Sequence record: ON286976.1
Strand: one strand, 5' to 3'
Length of the DNA: 24,000 nt
DNA from: Enterococcus phage Sw5
Position numbers and translations under genes: made by a program. Under the pieces are notes generated by a model. That model saw only the letters and a program-made list of their open reading frames with translations. It did not search any database and was not told where the DNA came from. The stretch's first letter is position 1. Every line of letters starts with the position of its first letter. This document shows, piece by piece, positions 7,779 to 16,426 of this stretch.

Positions 7779-8123
7779 TTACTTAAACATGCTGAACACG
7801 TAAGTGACAACTGCTCCTAAGACAATCATAAAAACGTTCTCTACAATATCCCTCTTGTGGTCGAACTCTTTATCGTTTACTCCTTCCAGTGCATCTATAG
7901 TTTCTTCCAACTTAGTAATCTGGTAGGTTAGGTGTGCATATTTTTCTTCGTGAACAGCAAGTCGCTTATCAAGACTATTGACAATATCTCTCAACTCACT
8001 AACCGCACTATTCAGTTCTACATTGTCCTGTTTAATGCCCTTCTCGGTTAGCTCTCCATGTTGGAGTTTATCTTCCAGTCGTTGTAGTCTTAAAACAAGG
8101 TCATTTACTTGGTAATCGTTCAT
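7779..8123 (-). CDS. Coiled-coil protein with a C-terminal transmembrane helix (XhlA/holin-accessory-like topology)
   Basis: Long amphipathic helix followed by NVFMIVLGAVVTYVFSMFK. Confidence 0.55.
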   Translation of the reverse strand: MNDYQVNDLVLRLQRLEDKLQHGELTEKGIKQDNVELNSAVSELRDIVNSLDKRLAVHEEKYAHLTYQITKLEETIDALEGVNDKEFDHKRDIVENVFMIVLGAVVTYVFSMFK

Positions 8124-8157
8124 ATATGCTCCTCCCTGTAAGTTATGTTGCTCTATA

Positions 8158-8418
8158 TTAGTCAGATGTAAACCACAGACAGACTAATATACCTATAATA
8201 GCACCTACCGTGTAGACTATAGGTATATAGTACCCATTAAAAAACAAGTATAGACTACCTATACTAATTCCATAGAGCACGAAAGTGAACTTGTATGATG
8301 CCAAAGGGCTCAGTTCTGCTTGTAGTTTCTTATACTGTAGTGCACGAGTGACATAGTAGGACATCAAGTAAACAAACATTTGTAGTAACAGTACACAGAC
8401 CAGTGCTGTTTCATACAT
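8158..8418 (-). CDS. Small membrane protein, holin candidate
   Basis: 86 aa with hydrophobic segments YETALVCVLLLQMFVYLMSYYV, YKFTFVLYGISIGSLYLFF and IPIVYTVGAIIGILVCLWF. Adjacent to the XhlA-like ORF. Confidence 0.45.
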   Translation of the reverse strand: MYETALVCVLLLQMFVYLMSYYVTRALQYKKLQAELSPLASYKFTFVLYGISIGSLYLFFNGYYIPIVYTVGAIIGILVCLWFTSD

Positions 8419-8534
8419 TATGTTGTTCCCTCCTCTCCCTTAGAGCTACTATTAATATAGTACACTGAGCTGTTAGCAAACAGGTGTGCTAAATTAATAT
8501 AGAGACTAAAAATGTAGACGGGAGAGTGGTAAAA

Positions 8535-8804
8535 ATGGATAATAGCAAACGAATTATTAAAAAAATTATTTTTATTACCATCTCTGCATTAGTCATGGTT
8601 ACTTTAAGTAAGCTGTTCTCTAAATATGTTATTGTAGAACAAAATGCCCCATTTCAGGCATTAATTGGCGGTGCCTCATGTGCATTGCTATCTAGTATTC
8701 TGTTTGATTGGTATACTAATAAAAAGAAAAAAGAGAACGTAGAGAATCAACTTAAAGAAGCAATCAGTGACTTGCAGAAGATTAAAGCTATCATAAAAAG
8801 ATAG
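8535..8804 (+). CDS. Small membrane protein, hypothetical
   Basis: Two hydrophobic stretches and a charged C-terminus. ATG at 8535 preferred over the tracked GTG at 8526, which overlaps the purine-rich RBS. Confidence 0.5.
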   Translation: MDNSKRIIKKIIFITISALVMVTLSKLFSKYVIVEQNAPFQALIGGASCALLSSILFDWYTNKKKKENVENQLKEAISDLQKIKAIIKR

Positions 8805-8815
8805 CCTATTAGGAG

Positions 8816-9103
8816 GTGGGATGGGTGTCTATTACCAATAAAGACATTAAGGATAAACGTAGATATATTTTTAGTCAATCTAGTAAAACAACAACTATAA
8901 AAAGAGGGGACAGACGCATAAGTAGTGCAACAAGAATATGTGCAGTTTGTGGAAGACCGCTATCTAAGCTCGTATTAAGAACAGGCGTACCAACAGTAGT
9001 AGTAGACCATATTAGCTGTAAGATTTCAGACATTGTTAGACTAAATGTCTGTGAGGATATAAGGTCTTGTTATGCGTATTCTAGTAAGAAAGGGGAAAGC
9101 TAG
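8816..9103 (+). CDS. Small putative zinc-binding protein (95 aa)
   Basis: CAVCG followed by VVDHISCKISDIV; AGGAGG RBS directly upstream. Confidence 0.5.
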   Translation: MGWVSITNKDIKDKRRYIFSQSSKTTTIKRGDRRISSATRICAVCGRPLSKLVLRTGVPTVVVDHISCKISDIVRLNVCEDIRSCYAYSSKKGES

Positions 9104-9106
9104 CTA

Positions 9107-9535
9107 ATGGGTATGGCAGATAGACTTAAAGATAATGCAAAACAAAAAAAGTTAGAAAGAACACCAGAGCAACAACTAAGAGACACATTTAATCAAGCTT
9201 CAATAAAGCTTATCAATCAATTTATGGCTAACGTTACATCAGGTGCTATAGAAGTTGATGATATTGCAGATTTAACAAGGCTATTTCAGATTTATTTACA
9301 GGTTAATAATATAAATGATGGAATGCAAGAAGGTACAGGAACTCTACCTGCACTTACATCTGAGCATAAAGACATCATATCTGAAAAGGTTAGCACAGAA
9401 AAGATTATTAAGGACGGTGAAGAAGAGGAGCTAATTTCTCTTGATGAGTTAGCTAGTCTTCCAGATGACCAACTTGAGGAAGTCTTAGTTAACAGAGAGC
9501 TACAGATGAACAGAGAGAACGAGGCGACCTTCTAA
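9107..9535 (+). CDS. Putative terminase small subunit (called by position only)
   Basis: 142 aa, overlaps the start of TerL; acidic C-terminus. No diagnostic motif recognised. Confidence 0.35.
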   Translation: MGMADRLKDNAKQKKLERTPEQQLRDTFNQASIKLINQFMANVTSGAIEVDDIADLTRLFQIYLQVNNINDGMQEGTGTLPALTSEHKDIISEKVSTEKIIKDGEEEELISLDELASLPDDQLEEVLVNRELQMNRENEATF

Positions 9536-12500
9536 TGACGACAAAAGCACAACATATAGCTAAAATGGCTAAAGAGATGTATGGAACAGATAAAATTACA
9601 ACGGAGCAGTTAGCTTATATAACAGATATGCTGACCCCATCAACGTACCTATTGAGAAATCACTCTGTGCGTAATCACCCAATAACTTTTATTATATCAG
9701 GAAGGGATGCAACAAAAGCACAGGCACATAGACCATAAACCAACAAAGCTGTGGTCTTTAAACTCTACTAAACGGGCATAGTAAAATAATATACACGTAA
9801 ACAATATACTGGTAAGAGAGACTAAATCCTAGTGTATAAGGACAGGGTTGACCTACCGTGCTAAATCAGTTATACTATAACTGTAAAAGCCTAACGACTA
9901 AATTTCTAGGTAGCTAACTAAAAGGAGTTAGTGAGAACTAGATAAAAGGCAAATAAACTATGCAAGCTCAATAAAAATAATAATATACAGGAGGTGATTA
10001 AGATAGCTAAGGACAGAAAAGAAATTTTCATAGAAAAGCTCAAAAGTGTAAAAGGAACTGACTTTGAACTTATAGGTGAGTTTACAAAGCAACGAGAAAA
10101 GACTCTATTTCGTCATAACGTGTGTGGGCATGTTTGGGAAACCACTCCGGTTGTCCTACTTAACTCAAAAAAAGGTGGAGGGTGCCCTCATTGTCAATAC
10201 AGAAACAAAGCAACTTCACCAAAAGAATACGAAAAAAGAGTAACAGACACATTTAAAGGAGAATACGTTGTACTCAATATTAATGAGTATAAAAACAATA
10301 GTACTAAACTTAAATTCTTGCATTCTAAATGTGGTACAGAATTTTATCTGCGACCAGCAAGTTTATTCATTAATGCAACTAGTTGTCCTAACTGCTCTAA
10401 AAATAACCGTTGCTCAACTAAGAGAACTACTAATGAGTTTAGAGAGTTGCTTCTTAAAACAAAAGGATATTCCTATGAGCTAACGGAAGATGCAGAGTAC
10501 ACCGGAGCTAACAAAAAAATTAAGGTTAGGCATACAACTTGTGGTTATGTTTGGGAGGCTAGAGCTAACCACCTGCTACAGGGTTCGGGTTGTCCTAGAT
10601 GTAACGAATCAAAAGGAGAGCTATTAGTAGCTACTATTCTTAAGCTAAGCAACACCTCTTTTTTGAGAGAGTACACCTTTGACGATTGTAGAAGTACTAG
10701 ACCCTTACCTTTTGACTTTGCATTAATTAGTAATAACAAAGTGCGTGGTTTAATTGAATATGATGGAGAACAGCACACGAAACCAGTAAGTTGTTTCGGA
10801 GGGGAACAGAAGTTTAAAAGTACAGTAAGAAATGATAACACTAAGAATGATTATTGTACTCATAAAAAAATACCCTTACTCAGAGTATCATACACTAATA
10901 GTCCTGAACAGATTGAGCACCTAGTTCAGCAGTTTTTAAAAAGCATAGATTTGTTGTAACGTAGAGCAACCTAAACCAAAAATTAGGTTGATGATATAGT
11001 CTAGTCCCCTAATAAATATCGGGAAACCGAGGGTAACCAAATGGGCAACCAAAGATAATAAATGACCAACATAGAGACAAGGCAATAATTAAATCAAGAC
11101 AGCTAGGGTTAAGATTAGCCCCTTTATAAAGCAATTTGTAAAGAAAACTCTGTTAAACGGGCATAGCTGAATAATCAATAAGCTGATAAGAGAACCTAAG
11201 TCCTGAAAAGGATAGAGGCAATCCCGTGCTAAATCAGTGCAAAGCACTGTAAATGCCTAACGACTAAATTTCTAGGTAGCTAACCAAACGGGGTTAGTGA
11301 GAACTAGATAAGAAAATATATTTTCTTACGATGCCAACTGACAAAATTTAATGTGTGCTATATTACGTATAGAAAACATTAAGGAGTTGCATCACGAATG
11401 AGAAGAAAAACAAATGAAGAATTTTTAGCTGACTTGTATAGGGTACATGGGGATGAATACACTCCGTTAGAACCGTATACAAAGTCAAATACTCCAATCA
11501 AGGTTAGACATAATAACTGTGGAAGCATATACACCACAACACCTAATAGACTCTCTCGTAGTGGCTGTCCTCAATGTTTTGGCAATTTTGCTAAGAAAAA
11601 GGACACGAAAACTTTTAATAGAGAAGTGTTTGAACTAGTAGGTAATGAATACACCGTAGTTGGTGAGTATGTAAACAGAGCTACACCTATTGATATTGTC
11701 CACAACAAATGTGGAACTCTATGTAAAATATCAGCAGGAAACTTTCTATGTGGTACTCGATGTGCGAAATGCGCTAAAGACTCACTAAGGTTAACTAAAG
11801 AAGAAGCTGAGCATAAAATGCAAGAGACAATAGGTACCGACTTTAGAATTGTTGGAGAGTACACCAACATGCAAACCAAAGTAGCTGTATTACACGAAAC
11901 ATGTGGTAACATATCCCATATTAGACTAACAGATGTTGTGTATAAAGGTGTTTCTTGCAGGTACTGCAACATGCCTAACGGAGAGAAACTCATCAAATCT
12001 GTGTTAACTCAACTCGGACTATCTTTTGAGATGCAAAAAACATTTGATGATTTAAAGAACATAAATAAGTTATCTTATGATTTTTATGTTCCGAGTAAGG
12101 AACTACTTATCGAATACCAAGGAGAACAACACTTAAAGTGTAAGAACTTCGGAGGTATGTCAAAAGAAAAAGCCCAGATTAAATTTGAGTTACAGCAAAT
12201 TAATGATGAGTTAAAAAGAGAGTACGCTAAAGCTAAAGGTTTTAATCTAATTGAAGTTCCATATACGGTTAAAACTCTATCAGACGTTAAAAAATTCTTA
12301 GAAGAAAATATAAAGTAAAGCAGAGCAACCTAAACCAAAAATTAGGTTGATGATATAGTCTAGTCCCCTAATAAATATCGGGAAACCGAGGGTATAACGT
12401 AAGTGAGATGGGTGTCGGTTCTATGCTACAGTTTGCAGACACACATAGTTATGATGCTGTTAAATGCTTGTATACATTCCCTAAACTAATTGGGGCTTAG

Positions 12501-14290
12501 GTCAGTAATGACCTTTGAAAAACTCTGTTAAACGGGCATAGGAGAATAACCAATATCCTGATAAGAGACCCTAAACCCTAAAATAGGGCAGTGGGAATCC
12601 CGTGCTAAATCAAGCGTAAGCTTGTAAATGCCTAACGACTAAATTTCTAGGTAGCTAACCAAATGGGGTTAGTGAGAACTAGATAAGAAAACCTCTTAAG
12701 AGGAAGTAAAGCAGAGCAACCTAAACCAAAAAGTAGGTTGATGATATAGTCTAGTCCGACTGCCAAGCGCAGTGTTAAAGTATAGTGAAAACTACGGTAG
12801 ATTCGACAAATGAGCAAATGACTAAATTTGTACAGACAAGGTTAGACCCTGTTTTACAGAATGGGTACTACAGCACAATTGTAGACCAAGAAGTTAACTC
12901 ATTAAAAGCTAAAAAAATAAGAAATAGTTTTTTGTATTTTCGTTCAAGCTCAAAACCGGGCGCTGTAGAGGGTGTCGATATTGACTATCTATCTATGGAC
13001 GAGTATGACCGTGTACCTGCATTAGCAGAGGCTTCTGCGTTGGAATCCATGTCTTCCTCACCTTATAAGATAGTTAACAGATGGAGCACCCCAAGTGCCC
13101 CAGATATGGGGATACATGGGCTCTTTAAAGGGTCAGACCAACATTGGTATTTACATAAATGTGAGAAATGTAATTATTATAACGAAATGAGTTATGATGC
13201 ATATACACCAGAGGCTCCTGTAGAGAGTAGGGGTAACATTCTTTGTGTTAACCCAAAAGGGGTCGATGTTGTTGCTAAAACAGTAGTTGACGGCTCATTC
13301 CAGTTTGTTTGTCAAAAGTGCGGAGAACCGTTAGACAGATGGTACAACGGTGTATGGGTACCTAAATATCCTGATAGAACAAAAAATGGTCTAGGTACTA
13401 GAGGATATATGATTTCCCAAATGAACGCAGTATGGGTAACTGCCGACCAGTTAAAGACCAAAGAACTTCAATCATTGTCTAAACAAGCCTTTTATAACTA
13501 TACTCTTGGATACCCTTATGCAGACTTGAAATTAACTGTTAACGACTCTGACGTTGATAGCCATAAGAGAAACTATTTAGTAGAACCTGCTAAAGACAGA
13601 GGTGACTATAAATTTATATCTGTTGGTATTGACTGGGGTAACAGACATTGGGTATCTATACATGGTGTTAAAACAAATGGTACGGTAGATTTGATAAAAC
13701 TTTTTTCTGTGGGTAAGTCCAACCCGCTAGACCCTAATGCAATAGATGTAGACATACAGTCTATAAAATTACAGCTAGCTCCTTACAATCCAGATATAAT
13801 CGTAGCTGACGTAGGAGACTCAGGGGATAAAGTTGCTAAACTTATGCAAATTTATGGAAAAGAACGAGTTTTTGGGTGTGTCTACCCATCAACCCCTAAA
13901 TCTACTGGTAACCTAGTGCCTACTTGGAGCCCACAAGCAAATAAAGTATCCGCTGACAAGTTAATGCAGAATAAACGTTACATTAACAAGATGAAAGAAG
14001 GAGAAATAGGTTACTACTCAAAACCAGATACAGAGCTTAATTTATATAAAGAGCACTGGAAGAATGTTGTTATACGCGATATTGAGGACGAAAAGACATC
14101 GACAGGTTTTAGACAAATTATCGGCAGAAAAGGTGATGACCACTACTCACAAGCAAGCGTTTATTCCATGTTAGGGTATGAGTACCTAATGAATGTATTT
14201 ACAGGAGTAAAAGAGTATGGATTTGACTCTGATTGGGTGTCAACTCAATTAGCACCTACGAAACCTGATATATTTACAGAATTTGTATAG
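9535..14290 (+). CDS. Terminase large subunit (TerL), split gene: join(9535..9736, 11044..11109, 12400..12482, 12806..14290)
   Basis: The joined exons (202+66+83+1485 nt = 1836 nt) give one frame of 611 aa: ...DATKAQAHRP-W-QPKIINDQHRDKAIIKSRQLG-L-SEMGVGSMLQFADTHSYDAVKCLYTFP-TNEQMTKFVQTRLDPVL... It contains the Walker A-like SRQLGLS, DIDYLSMDEYDRV and later motifs of SPO1/K-type TerL. Confidence 0.9.
9737..11043 (+). mobile_element. Group I intron 1 in terL (with homing endonuclease ORF)
   Basis: P1: exon AGACCAU| pairs with IGS GUGGUCU, with the U.G at the splice site. P7-type core CUAACGACUAAA (~9891) and GAUGAUAUAGUCU (~10990). Terminal G at 11043, and the frame is restored (cca-T|GG-caa). 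Confidence 0.9.
10003..10959 (+). CDS. Homing endonuclease-like protein with zinc-ribbon repeats and a PD-(D/E)XK/Vsr-like nuclease domain (intron 1)
   Basis: Tracked as 9994-10959. Repeated xRHxxCGxxWExx...GCPxC modules and C-terminal LPFDFALISNNKVRGLIEYDGEQHTKPVSCFGG...NDYCTHKKIPLLRVSY. The start codon is uncertain (GTG 9994 overlaps the SD; ATA 10003 is best placed). Confidence 0.75.
   Translation: MAKDRKEIFIEKLKSVKGTDFELIGEFTKQREKTLFRHNVCGHVWETTPVVLLNSKKGGGCPHCQYRNKATSPKEYEKRVTDTFKGEYVVLNINEYKNNSTKLKFLHSKCGTEFYLRPASLFINATSCPNCSKNNRCSTKRTTNEFRELLLKTKGYSYELTEDAEYTGANKKIKVRHTTCGYVWEARANHLLQGSGCPRCNESKGELLVATILKLSNTSFLREYTFDDCRSTRPLPFDFALISNNKVRGLIEYDGEQHTKPVSCFGGEQKFKSTVRNDNTKNDYCTHKKIPLLRVSYTNSPEQIEHLVQQFLKSIDLL
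11356..11365 (+). promoter_or_regulatory. Late-type extended -10 motif (TGCTATATTA) inside intron 2, upstream of its endonuclease ORF
   Basis: TGTGTGCTATATTA lies 33 nt upstream of the ORF start at 11398; AAGGAG RBS at 11381-11386. Confidence 0.6.
11398..12318 (+). CDS. Homing endonuclease-like protein with zinc-ribbon repeats and a PD-(D/E)XK/Vsr-like nuclease domain (intron 2)
   Basis: Repeated IKVRHNNCGSIY...GCPQC modules and C-terminal LSYDFYVPSKELLIEYQGEQHLKCKNFGG...REYAKAKGFNLIEVPY. Confidence 0.8.
   Translation: MRRKTNEEFLADLYRVHGDEYTPLEPYTKSNTPIKVRHNNCGSIYTTTPNRLSRSGCPQCFGNFAKKKDTKTFNREVFELVGNEYTVVGEYVNRATPIDIVHNKCGTLCKISAGNFLCGTRCAKCAKDSLRLTKEEAEHKMQETIGTDFRIVGEYTNMQTKVAVLHETCGNISHIRLTDVVYKGVSCRYCNMPNGEKLIKSVLTQLGLSFEMQKTFDDLKNINKLSYDFYVPSKELLIEYQGEQHLKCKNFGGMSKEKAQIKFELQQINDELKREYAKAKGFNLIEVPYTVKTLSDVKKFLEENIK
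12483..12805 (+). mobile_element. Group I intron 3 in terL, ORF-less (323 nt)
   Basis: Same core blocks (GCCUAACGACUAAAUUUCUAGGUAGCUAACC ... GAUGAUAUAGUCUAG), P1 CCCU|/GGGG, terminal G before ACAAAUGAG. Confidence 0.88.
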
Positions 14291-14389
14291 GTAGATTGCC
14301 TTATTTAGTTTTAGTCAAGCTGAATAAGGCATTTTGTATTGTTTGATATATATTTTTGTGGTATAATAAATATAGTTAGGGGGATAGTT

Positions 14390-15178
14390 ATGGTAGACAA
14401 CAATGTAAAAATAAGTAAAAGTACAATTGAAGGACTAATAAATAAGTCTTTAAGTTATGAGTACGTTATAAAAAATAACGAATTGCTAACAAACGAATAT
14501 CAACATATCGTCAAAGCGTATGGGTTTGACAATTTTTATGACATGTATCTATATGCAGATAGCTGTGATTCTAAAGATATGTATTTAGTAAAAGGTGGTC
14601 AAAAAGACTTGTCTAAGCTGAAACCTGTTAAAAGAAAAGTTGTTAGAAATGGTAAAACTATGACCACAACTATTTATGAAGATACAGGCAGTTCTGACAG
14701 TAATAACAGTAACCCTTTAGACAAAGATAGTAAAAAGAAAAAAGAGTTAGAACCAGTTAATGCTAAGGAACTACGTAAGGTTAGCTTAGGTAGTGATGAA
14801 GAAGAGAAGTTAGACCCTAAAAAGATAGCAAAATTGCTAGCAGACACTAAAAAATTTGGAAATAATTTTGATACGCAGTGTACTGATTATCTTATTCTTG
14901 AACAAGACTCTGTTACACGAGGAGTGGTAGGGTTTACTAGAGAAGGTTCTTATTTAAAAATGTCTTTCTCAATGTCAGATGAGGCTGTCAAAGGTATAAA
15001 GATGTTGGCTTTTTCACAGCTCACATTAAAGGCTTGGAAATTGGGTCTAGGGGCTAAGATAAGCACAGATAATGCACCTGATGTAGAGGAACTAATTAGC
15101 TTATATGGATACAAAAGAAATAAGACAGAGTATATTGTGTCAATGAGCTCACTGCGTAGTCTTCTAGGGGAGCCTTAG
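14390..15178 (+). CDS. Hypothetical structural-module protein
   Basis: The tracked start at 14339 has no RBS. ATG 14390 (MVDNNVKISK) follows TAGGGGG and the promoter at 14359-14367. Confidence 0.65.
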   Translation: MVDNNVKISKSTIEGLINKSLSYEYVIKNNELLTNEYQHIVKAYGFDNFYDMYLYADSCDSKDMYLVKGGQKDLSKLKPVKRKVVRNGKTMTTTIYEDTGSSDSNNSNPLDKDSKKKKELEPVNAKELRKVSLGSDEEEKLDPKKIAKLLADTKKFGNNFDTQCTDYLILEQDSVTRGVVGFTREGSYLKMSFSMSDEAVKGIKMLAFSQLTLKAWKLGLGAKISTDNAPDVEELISLYGYKRNKTEYIVSMSSLRSLLGEP

Positions 15179-15366
15179 TCATAAGTGCTACGTTAGTCAT
15201 TATACTAGTATTTTCAACTATTATTTTTTTAATTTTTAATTTACTAGTAAGTAAGGTAGTTAAAGAATTTTATAACTTAAAGATGCTAGCAAAAGAGGGA
15301 CTAACAGATAAAGTAACAGACATAACAAATGATATAATGCATATATTGAAAGGAGAAATAAATAAT

Positions 15367-15999
15367 ATGGAATTAATTATGAATAATAAGAAACTAGATG
15401 AATTAACTAATAAGGTAGCTACTGATGAGGACTACGATATTTTTGTAGAGAAGATGGGTAAGCTAGTTAAAGATTTGTATGAGAACTACCAGTTTTTACA
15501 ACAAAACCCACCAGAAGGAGATTACACATCAGGTTATTTTTTAGGGTTCCAAGTAATCAGAGCAGAATACCCAGTTGAGTATGAGAATTTATTTAGATTA
15601 GCTGTAGATAAAAATTTAAATGAACTAGAGATAAATAAGAGATTTGTCGAAGCTGTTAAGGATGGCAAGGTTTTACCATTAGGTGAGGCTGTCATTGATG
15701 AATTACAAACAGGGTGTAGCTCTATACTACAGGCACAAGAAGTACGTGTAAATATTGTATTTGGTACAAAAGAATACATGGCTAAGCAAGAGGAAGAGCG
15801 TAAAGAACGTCAAGCTAAGTTAGAAGAAGAACGGGAAAGAGCTATGGAAGTACTAAAAACAAAAGATGACGTACTTAACACATTAAGAGTAACCGAGGCT
15901 TTGGCTAATGAACTAACAGACGAAGTCGCAGAAAAATATGATTTAATGGAGCTAGTTAACAGTATGAGAGAGGGGCTGAAAGCTCATAATGGAAATTAA
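15367..15999 (+). CDS. Hypothetical protein, coiled-coil rich (start uncertain; frame is open from 15160)
   Basis: AAAGGAG RBS before ATG 15367 (MELIMNNKKLDEL). The same frame extends upstream through ATG 15283 and a predicted transmembrane segment. Confidence 0.55.
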   Translation: MELIMNNKKLDELTNKVATDEDYDIFVEKMGKLVKDLYENYQFLQQNPPEGDYTSGYFLGFQVIRAEYPVEYENLFRLAVDKNLNELEINKRFVEAVKDGKVLPLGEAVIDELQTGCSSILQAQEVRVNIVFGTKEYMAKQEEERKERQAKLEEERERAMEVLKTKDDVLNTLRVTEALANELTDEVAEKYDLMELVNSMREGLKAHNGN

Positions 16000-16333
16000 A
16001 AATTCTTTGGGGAAAGCTCTTATAAAAAATTTAAGATTGCTTAAAGAAAAAAGAGATGCAATGCCTGATAGCTTAGAGTATACAAGTCAAGTTATGATTC
16101 CTGTGCCCTACTATCTAATAAAAAAAGGGGATAACGCAGTAGAATCATTCCTTATGTGTGCGGGGATGATAAATAGGAATAAAGATTTAGGTTTACCTAT
16201 TTCTTTAGAGAAAGGTAAGCAACAAGTTAAGCTTAACAATGGAGAACTAACAACCATTGTAGAATGTGTTGCTACCTATTCAGATAAAACTGACATTGAC
16301 GGTGTAGAAAGATTCTTAGTTGAACATCTATAA
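15989..16333 (+). CDS. Hypothetical protein (114 aa)
   Basis: Overlaps the end of the previous ORF (coupled); upstream GAGAGGGG RBS. Confidence 0.6.
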   Translation: MEIKNSLGKALIKNLRLLKEKRDAMPDSLEYTSQVMIPVPYYLIKKGDNAVESFLMCAGMINRNKDLGLPISLEKGKQQVKLNNGELTTIVECVATYSDKTDIDGVERFLVEHL

Positions 16334-16426
16334 AAATTAAATTAACGAGTTCTATTTTGTGCTATATTAGATATGCATGAAATAGAACTCGTTTCTTTTT
16401 TATGACTAACTAAGGAGGTTTAATAG

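Larger units (their letters stand above)
11110..12399 (+). mobile_element. Group I intron 2 in terL (with homing endonuclease ORF)
   Basis: P1 GGGU|/GCCC, P10 UUA/UAA, the same core blocks as intron 1 (AAAUGCCUAACGACUAAAU at ~11251; GAUGAUAUAGUCU at ~12350), terminal G at 12399. Confidence 0.88.

Noticed and set aside
8816-9103. HNH endonuclease
   Set aside because: Only one CxxC plus a DH...C segment is present; the second zinc pair and HNH core are missing, so only a generic zinc-binding call is supported.
9535-9738. Free-standing 67-aa ORF
   Set aside because: It is TerL exon 1; the stop codon is created by the first intron nucleotides after U9736.
10268-10841. Plus-strand 71-aa and minus-strand 98-aa ORFs inside intron 1 endonuclease
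   Set aside because: Overlap the convincing endonuclease frame and lack any support.
11571-11996. 141-aa minus-strand ORF inside intron 2
   Set aside because: Antisense to the endonuclease ORF, with no RBS or recognisable domain.
12785-12805. GTG start of the 501-aa ORF
   Set aside because: These codons lie in the 3' end of intron 3; the true coding exon begins at 12806.
15170-15185. Programmed -1 frameshift from the 14390-15178 gene into the next ORF
   Set aside because: The local sequence CTAGGGGAGCCT lacks a canonical X_XXY_YYZ heptamer; kept only as an alternative explanation.
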